From NCBI GenBank assembly GCA_033762115.1, contig JANRLX010000033.1, positions 1 to 11,647 on the forward strand: a DNA stretch of 11,647 nt, given 5' to 3'. The notes below the pieces were generated by a model. That model saw only the letters and a program-made list of their open reading frames with translations, had not been told where the DNA came from and ran no database searches. Numbering within the stretch: the first letter of the stretch is position 1; every line of letters begins with the position of its first letter. Positions 6,776 to 11,647 of this stretch are shown piece by piece. This DNA is from Verrucomicrobiota bacterium. GTDB lineage: Bacteria > Verrucomicrobiota > Verrucomicrobiia > Limisphaerales > SXQI01. The position numbers were made by a program, and so were the translations under genes.

Positions 6776-9700
6776 TTATTGTTGAGGCAAACTCTTCAAG
6801 AGATCAAAAGGATTCAGCCGTGCAGGTTTGTTCGTTGCCGGGGAATTGGTGGATGCTGGCGGGGTGGAGTTGGTTGCTGAACTTTTGTCCCGTCCCAACA
6901 GTCCGCCAAGGCCATCAATGAGCTTTGCCGGGGAACTGTTCGTGTTGGTCCCGCCACCTTGCCCGGAAAGAATGTTTCCAACTCCTTCCAATACGTTTCC
7001 AGCTTTTTCACCCACACCAGGGATGCCGCTGATTCCCCGTGCCGCAATTCCGGCCAGGGCGAGTTTGTTAAGATCTGTTTCGGGTGCGCCGAGCGTTCCT
7101 TTAATCGTGACAAACTTCGGAAGTTCAGCGTACTTCGCCGCTTCAGGAGTGCCTTGAGGAAGAAGGTTCGCTTTCTCGGCAAGTGACCTTCGCAAGGAAA
7201 GAGTGATTGGCAGGTTGAGCGGTGAATTGGTCAGGACCGGCTCCAGTTTGATGCTTCCCTGGGAAGTGGCAAAGAAAGCTTCGGATTGGATGGCGAACTC
7301 TTTTAAATCGACATTTCCCTTCTGGATGAGTGCGTTGGCATTAATCCAGTTCAACGGAGTTTGAGTCAATTCAGGGACTCTCAAGGCAAGTGCAATCGGA
7401 TCAAGGACTCGCTTTATTTTTGGCCCGACAACCTGAAGGTTCATATTGGTCACAGAGAAACCCAGATTACCTCCAAGGTTCCTTTGGATATTGGAACCGG
7501 TCACACCCGCACCATTCAGCGACGCATTCGCCAGGAGCAATCCCTTGAACTGGCCGCGTGAATTGGTTGAAAAAGTGTTGGCTATAGGCTCAAGCGGCAC
7601 CTGGTCCGCTGCAACGGAAAGATCATATCGGTACCCGGGGACGGAAACGTCAAAATCCGCTTTCATCCTTACCGGGGCGCCATTCAGTGACAGCTGGAAA
7701 GGATCAAGCTTGATTGTTCCCCCCTTGATCGTGGTGCGGGCCACCCAATTTGAAATTACAATCTCCCGAAGGTAAAGGCGCTTGAAATCAATCTCCGCCA
7801 CAAGATCCTTGATCGGGAGGTCCATCGGTTGCGGTTCCGTTTCAGGCTTGGAATCAGGTTGGATAGATGGGGGAGCGTCGTTGCGGGTCGCGACATTCGT
7901 TGCTTTTGTGTTGTCTCCCGCGAACAGATCGTAATAGGGGGTCACATCAAACGAATCCGAGCCAAGCTTGAAAGAACCTGGAGAAGGATTGGTTTTCGCA
8001 AGGTCCAAACGTGCCGTGGCAGTCAGCAGATTTTTGGCGCGCTCGGTGGGAGTGAGTTGCAGGGCCAGTTCGCGCAACTCGACCAGGTCCCCGGTTTTCC
8101 CGGCGTCCAGCTTCAACTCCAATTCAAGCGGCTTTTGGGGAAGCTTTTTCGCAGCGTCCAGGACAACCAGTTTCTTCACCGTTAAATCTGTTTTAATGCT
8201 GGCGTTCTGCTCTCCGCTGATCTTCGCATTGCCGGAAGAATTCAGGAGGATGGATACAAGTTGGTTTTCTCCAAGGGCAGAAGCCATGAACGGGCGGAAA
8301 GCATGCTCGTTTACATCAACTGCCTTGAATGAGGTTTCCCCGACTTTGGAGGCAGTGTTGAATTTGCCGTTGATTTCAATGGTCCCGCCTTTGCTGGAAC
8401 CTTCAGAGAGTGCCAGGGCAATGCGGTGAATGGTCAGAGAGTCCTGGGCCATGTCCACGTTAAAAGCCAGATCGGTTTGAAAATTCGCAAATCGCATCGC
8501 ATTCATTTCTGCGTCTAGGTCAACGACCTGCATGCTGCCACTGGCGTTTTTCTTGCCTTTTTCGTCCGTGAGCTTGGCGGAAAATTTCAGCGATCCTTTG
8601 CGTGCGTTGAAGCCAGGGACCAGTCCTTGTCGCGCTGCGACCGGAAGGGAAACATCGGCACTTAATTGCGCGGCCATTTCAGCCGCTGCCTGATTCAGGC
8701 GAGCGGACCCATTTGCCTGCAGCAGCGGTTCGCCGTGTTGTGTGACGCCGAGCATAAAGCGCGAAACATCGATTTGCTTGAGTTCTGCCACCGTTGCGTC
8801 CGCTTCCAGCTTGACTGCCGCATCACGGACCCGGTTTGTGCCTGCGGCGAAAGCCATCGAATCAATGCTCGTGACGAGATTTGCGACAAGCAGTTTTCCT
8901 TCATTCTTTGAAACCAGCCTGATTCCGGAATTAATCACGCCTGCGGGTGGATTTGTCCCGAGCATGGCGCTCCAGTCGGCCAGATTCAAATTCGTGATCG
9001 TGACAACAAAAGTGGAGTCCGCCATTCCTCGGCTCGTTCCTCCCCAGCTGAGATTCATCGGGTTATCAAGGCGTGATTGAAGGAACGGTTTATTTTGAAG
9101 GCCTGCGTTAAAAGCGAGCTTCTGGATGGTCGCCACTTTTTCGATCAAATCGGTTGCAACCTGATAATCCACCAGAAGGTTCACAGGTGGAGTAGGGGAT
9201 TGGGCGCCCTGCTGTACTGAAAGTTCAGAACCGGTCAAGGTGCCGCTGGCGGCAATGAACTTTCCCTTTTGAGTAAGCTCAATAGTGTTGGTGGAGGACA
9301 AACGGGAATTGCGGAAATCCATCCCACTCATTCCACCAGCCAGGCCAAGAACATTACGATCAATCGAGGAGAGGTGGACATTCACCCGGCCTTCGCTGCT
9401 GGTGGCGTTGAACGGCCCAAAAACTCTCAACGAGCCCAGTTGCTGGTCCGCTTTTGCAACCCGCAGCGCCACTTCCTTGATTTCCGTTGGGGTCACTTCA
9501 ACTTGCGCAGTGGCGGTTAAATTGCCTAATTGAGCAAATCCGCCCGCGCTTTCTTTGATCGCCAGGTTGAGCGCGCCGGATAACGATTGCGGCTTCACCT
9601 GCTGGTCGATGGCAAAATTCAGCGCACTGTCGAGACTGGCCACCAGCAGATCATTGGTTGCCGCGCCGTTGCTCTCCACCCGGATGGCTGCCTGCATCGT

Positions 9701-10291
9701 GACCTTGCCGGAACTGCCATTCTGGATCCGGTCAATTGCCAGATTCAGATTATTGATGCTACTGGTCCTGATCTGGCCACTCTCACCTTTCTGGATCATT
9801 TTTAACGAAGCATTTTTCAGCGAGACATCCGTGACCTGAAGATCGAGAGGTTTGGAACTGGAGCTATCCTGTTCTTGAGGCCCTGTCTTTTTCTTGAGCA
9901 GTGGATCAAGATTGCTGCTCCCATCGGCTTCCTGAACGATCAAAATCCGGGGGTTCACGACTGTTGCCTGATCAACCTTGATCTTTCCCCCAATGATATC
10001 CATTAAGCCATAGCGCAACTGCACTTCGTCCACGGCAAGCAATGGCTCCGCCCCTGTGGTTTTGACTGAGATCCCCTTAAGCATTACCGAAGAAAATGGG
10101 CTGATGCTGGCATCCTGCACCTGGATATCCGCGCCAAGGGATGCGCTGGCCTTGGGAAGAATCACGGTTTTCAGAAAAAACGCACTGGTTGCCACGAAGT
10201 AAATAACAACCACCAGCAATAGCAACACCGCTGCTGCGATGCCGACTCTACGGCCCCATCGGGCTGGCTTTTGATCCGGTTTCGTCGCCAT
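6776..10291 (-). CDS. AsmA-like (repeating beta-groove) envelope protein, 1171 aa
   Basis: Basic N-terminus and one TM anchor (RWGRRVGIAAAVLLLLVVVIYFVA); AsmA/Chorein-N-like start (ASASLGADIQVQDASISPFSSVMLKGISV...GSSNLDPLL); long amphipathic beta-strand body; AsmA-like C-terminus (VTIKGTLGAP followed by Gly-rich amphipathic helices). Confidence 0.85.
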   Translation of the reverse strand: MATKPDQKPARWGRRVGIAAAVLLLLVVVIYFVATSAFFLKTVILPKASASLGADIQVQDASISPFSSVMLKGISVKTTGAEPLLAVDEVQLRYGLMDIIGGKIKVDQATVVNPRILIVQEADGSSNLDPLLKKKTGPQEQDSSSSKPLDLQVTDVSLKNASLKMIQKGESGQIRTSSINNLNLAIDRIQNGSSGKVTMQAAIRVESNGAATNDLLVASLDSALNFAIDQQVKPQSLSGALNLAIKESAGGFAQLGNLTATAQVEVTPTEIKEVALRVAKADQQLGSLRVFGPFNATSSEGRVNVHLSSIDRNVLGLAGGMSGMDFRNSRLSSTNTIELTQKGKFIAASGTLTGSELSVQQGAQSPTPPVNLLVDYQVATDLIEKVATIQKLAFNAGLQNKPFLQSRLDNPMNLSWGGTSRGMADSTFVVTITNLNLADWSAMLGTNPPAGVINSGIRLVSKNEGKLLVANLVTSIDSMAFAAGTNRVRDAAVKLEADATVAELKQIDVSRFMLGVTQHGEPLLQANGSARLNQAAAEMAAQLSADVSLPVAARQGLVPGFNARKGSLKFSAKLTDEKGKKNASGSMQVVDLDAEMNAMRFANFQTDLAFNVDMAQDSLTIHRIALALSEGSSKGGTIEINGKFNTASKVGETSFKAVDVNEHAFRPFMASALGENQLVSILLNSSGNAKISGEQNASIKTDLTVKKLVVLDAAKKLPQKPLELELKLDAGKTGDLVELRELALQLTPTERAKNLLTATARLDLAKTNPSPGSFKLGSDSFDVTPYYDLFAGDNTKATNVATRNDAPPSIQPDSKPETEPQPMDLPIKDLVAEIDFKRLYLREIVISNWVARTTIKGGTIKLDPFQLSLNGAPVRMKADFDVSVPGYRYDLSVAADQVPLEPIANTFSTNSRGQFKGLLLANASLNGAGVTGSNIQRNLGGNLGFSVTNMNLQVVGPKIKRVLDPIALALRVPELTQTPLNWINANALIQKGNVDLKEFAIQSEAFFATSQGSIKLEPVLTNSPLNLPITLSLRRSLAEKANLLPQGTPEAAKYAELPKFVTIKGTLGAPETDLNKLALAGIAARGISGIPGVGEKAGNVLEGVGNILSGQGGGTNTNSSPAKLIDGLGGLLGRDKSSATNSTPPASTNSPATNKPARLNPFDLLKSLPQQ

Positions 10292-10323
10292 AAGGGATAA
10301 GAAATAAAATTACGTTGAACGGG

Positions 10324-10351
10324 ATGGTATCCCACTCCCTGAACGTGGCAA
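10324..10351 (-). promoter_or_regulatory. Candidate internal sigma70-type promoter for the AsmA-like and dipeptidase genes
   Basis: Minus strand reads TTGCCA (10351-10346), 16 nt, then TACCAT (10329-10324), 32 nt upstream of ATG 10291. Confidence 0.45.
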
Positions 10352-10371
10352 GTCACTGGAAATCGCGGCAG

Positions 10372-11172
10372 TTACGGCTGAGGGCGGTATTCATTCCGTA
10401 CCTCAGGCAACCAGCTCTTGATCTGCTGAATGCGCACCTCATCGACTGGATGGGTGCGGAGCCACGCAGGGCCTCCCTTTTTGCCGCTGTTGAACTCGGA
10501 AAAACGTTCCCAAAATTGGACCGCAGCTTCGGGATTATACCCTGCTCGCGCCATGTAGGTCAGTCCAATCCGGTCAGCTTCGGATTCCTGCTTGCGTCCA
10601 TAGGGAAGCAGGATTCCAACCTGTGTTGCGATCGGAAATGCCACAGCCGCCAATGACTGGACGCGCGGGTCAGCCGCTGAGAGCGCCACCCCCAGTACCT
10701 GCCCCCCCGTTTGCGCAGCAAGCGCCTGGCTCATCCGTTCTGCCCCGTGGTGAGCGGAGGCATGGGCAACTTCATGGCCAATCACTGTGGCCAGTCCGGC
10801 TTCATCCTTTGTGATTGGAAGAATTCCGGTATAAATACCCACCTTCCCCCCGGGGAGGCAAAATGCGTTTGCCTCCTTGCTTTCAAAAACCACAAATTCC
10901 CATTGGGCATTGGGAAGATCATTGGCAGCAGCCTGGGCAATCCGCGCCCCAACTCGTTGCACCAGCGCATTGAGCTGTGGATCACGGCTGATGGGGGTTT
11001 CCTGCTTGAGCTTTTCAAAACTGGAAAGCCCCAACTGCATTTCCTGCCCGGCGGATATCAGATTTAACTGCCTCCGTCCGGTTACGGGTGCGGTGGTGCA
11101 TCCGGAAAACAGGAGAAGTGAACACGTCGTTAGTATTGTAGCCCAAAATCCCGACCAACGTCTGTGGTGCAT
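10372..11172 (-). CDS. M48-family zinc metallopeptidase lipoprotein (LoiP/YggG/Oma1-like), 266 aa from the revised start at 11172
   Basis: ANAFCLPGGKVGIYTG, GHEVAH (HExxH), QESEADRIG, MARAGYNP and WLRTHP. Starting at Met43 of the track ORF gives a proper lipoprotein signal, MHHRRWSGFWATILTTCSLLLFSG-C, followed by the family-typical TGRRQL. Confidence 0.93.
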   Translation of the reverse strand: MHHRRWSGFWATILTTCSLLLFSGCTTAPVTGRRQLNLISAGQEMQLGLSSFEKLKQETPISRDPQLNALVQRVGARIAQAAANDLPNAQWEFVVFESKEANAFCLPGGKVGIYTGILPITKDEAGLATVIGHEVAHASAHHGAERMSQALAAQTGGQVLGVALSAADPRVQSLAAVAFPIATQVGILLPYGRKQESEADRIGLTYMARAGYNPEAAVQFWERFSEFNSGKKGGPAWLRTHPVDEVRIQQIKSWLPEVRNEYRPQP

Positions 11173-11178
11173 GAAGCA

Positions 11179-11207
11179 AAAGTATCGTCGTTTGCAAACG
11201 AAGACAA
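11179..11207 (-). promoter_or_regulatory. Candidate promoter for the M48 gene, probably producing a leaderless mRNA
   Basis: Minus strand reads TTGTCT (11207-11202), 17 nt, TACTTT (11184-11179), 6 nt, then ATG (11172). No SD motif. Confidence 0.55.
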
Positions 11208-11456
11208 GAGACCCACGAACGGTTGATTCGTCAGGAATTCCTTGTTGCCCTATCGGTTTTTTCCTGATCCTTTCTTGAGACTGAGACCCGCTGGTCATTC
11301 CAGATCAGGAAGTTAGGGTACCGGGTTATGCAATTGAATGGGCAGTCAGTCAGCCGGTTTGAGGCTCGGGATCAACATCCCCATTATTCAGGAGCGGCAG
11401 AAACAGGAACAAAAAAGGAATGGTTCGGGAGTCATCATATCCGTGCTGCGGAACCA

Positions 11457-11647
11457 ATGACCCCGGCGGAGTTCCCACAAAATATCACGGTGTCAGACAG
11501 CGATAAAATCAAGGAGCTTGAAAAAGCATTGGCAGAAACCCGCCTGCAACTCGAAAAAACCCATAAGGATATTCAGCTGTTTGCCTATTCAGTCTCTAAC
11601 GACCTACGCTCACCGGTTCGCGAAATCGAAGGGTACTCCAGGAGTTT
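11457..11647 (+). CDS. HisKA (DHp)-domain histidine-kinase-like protein, N-terminal part truncated by the right edge, with His-to-Asn at the H-box; alternative in-frame ATG at 11328
   Basis: Manual translation: MTPAEFPQNITVSDSDKIKELEKALAETRLQLEKTHKDIQLFAYSVSNDLRSPVREIEGYSRS. A coiled coil leads into FAYSVSNDLRSPVR, matching the common H-box F[A/S]YSVSHDLRxPLR. The frame is open from 11268 (TGA at 11265-11267) to the window end. Confidence 0.85.
   Translation, partial: MTPAEFPQNITVSDSDKIKELEKALAETRLQLEKTHKDIQLFAYSVSNDLRSPVREIEGYSRS

Noticed and set aside
521..11278. Numerous 60-196 aa overlapping ORFs inside the main genes (e.g. 1112-1579, 4438-5028, 6469-6921, 7968-8429, 10877-11278)
   Set aside because: All lie antisense to, or out of frame within, well-supported genes and show no recognisable motifs; these are expected shadow ORFs.
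11173..11298. 42-aa N-terminal extension of the M48 ORF given by the track
   Set aside because: It would bury the lipoprotein signal peptide. ATG 11172 gives a canonical signal and has a promoter-like element directly upstream.
11316..11333. Possible sigma54 -24/-12 promoter (GG...TGC) upstream of the HisKA-like gene
   Set aside because: The GG-to-GC spacing is 11 nt rather than the required 10, and the TGGCAC context is missing.
1..11647. CRISPR arrays, tRNA/rRNA genes, IS or phage genes, defence systems
   Set aside because: No spaced direct repeats, cloverleaf-like segments, transposase, integrase or nuclease motifs were seen, and nearly all of the sequence is explained by ordinary CDSs.

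Overview
Gene-dense bacterial chromosomal window of mostly housekeeping and cell-envelope genes. Protein style and the lack of Shine-Dalgarno motifs suggest Verrucomicrobiota/PVC; this is inference only. Left to right: 5' part of aconitase acnA (-, missed by the ORF track), peroxiredoxin (-) with a near-consensus sigma70 promoter, EcsC-family protein (-), TPR protein (+), CapD/WbpM/PglF-type nucleotide-sugar dehydratase (+), M20 dipeptidase (-), 1171-aa AsmA-like protein (-), M48 zinc-protease lipoprotein (-), and the 5' part of a HisKA-like protein (+, also missed by the track). I found no RNA genes, mobile elements or CRISPR arrays, and no clear-cut novel system. Best leads: (1) the HisKA-like protein has Asn at the phospho-acceptor His position and no recognisable sensor domain; (2) Thr-Asn dipeptides are enriched only in the AsmA-like protein; (3) alternative RNA stems lie between the peroxiredoxin gene and acnA; (4) the M48 lipoprotein-AsmA-dipeptidase gene string has a probably leaderless promoter containing a perfect palindrome.
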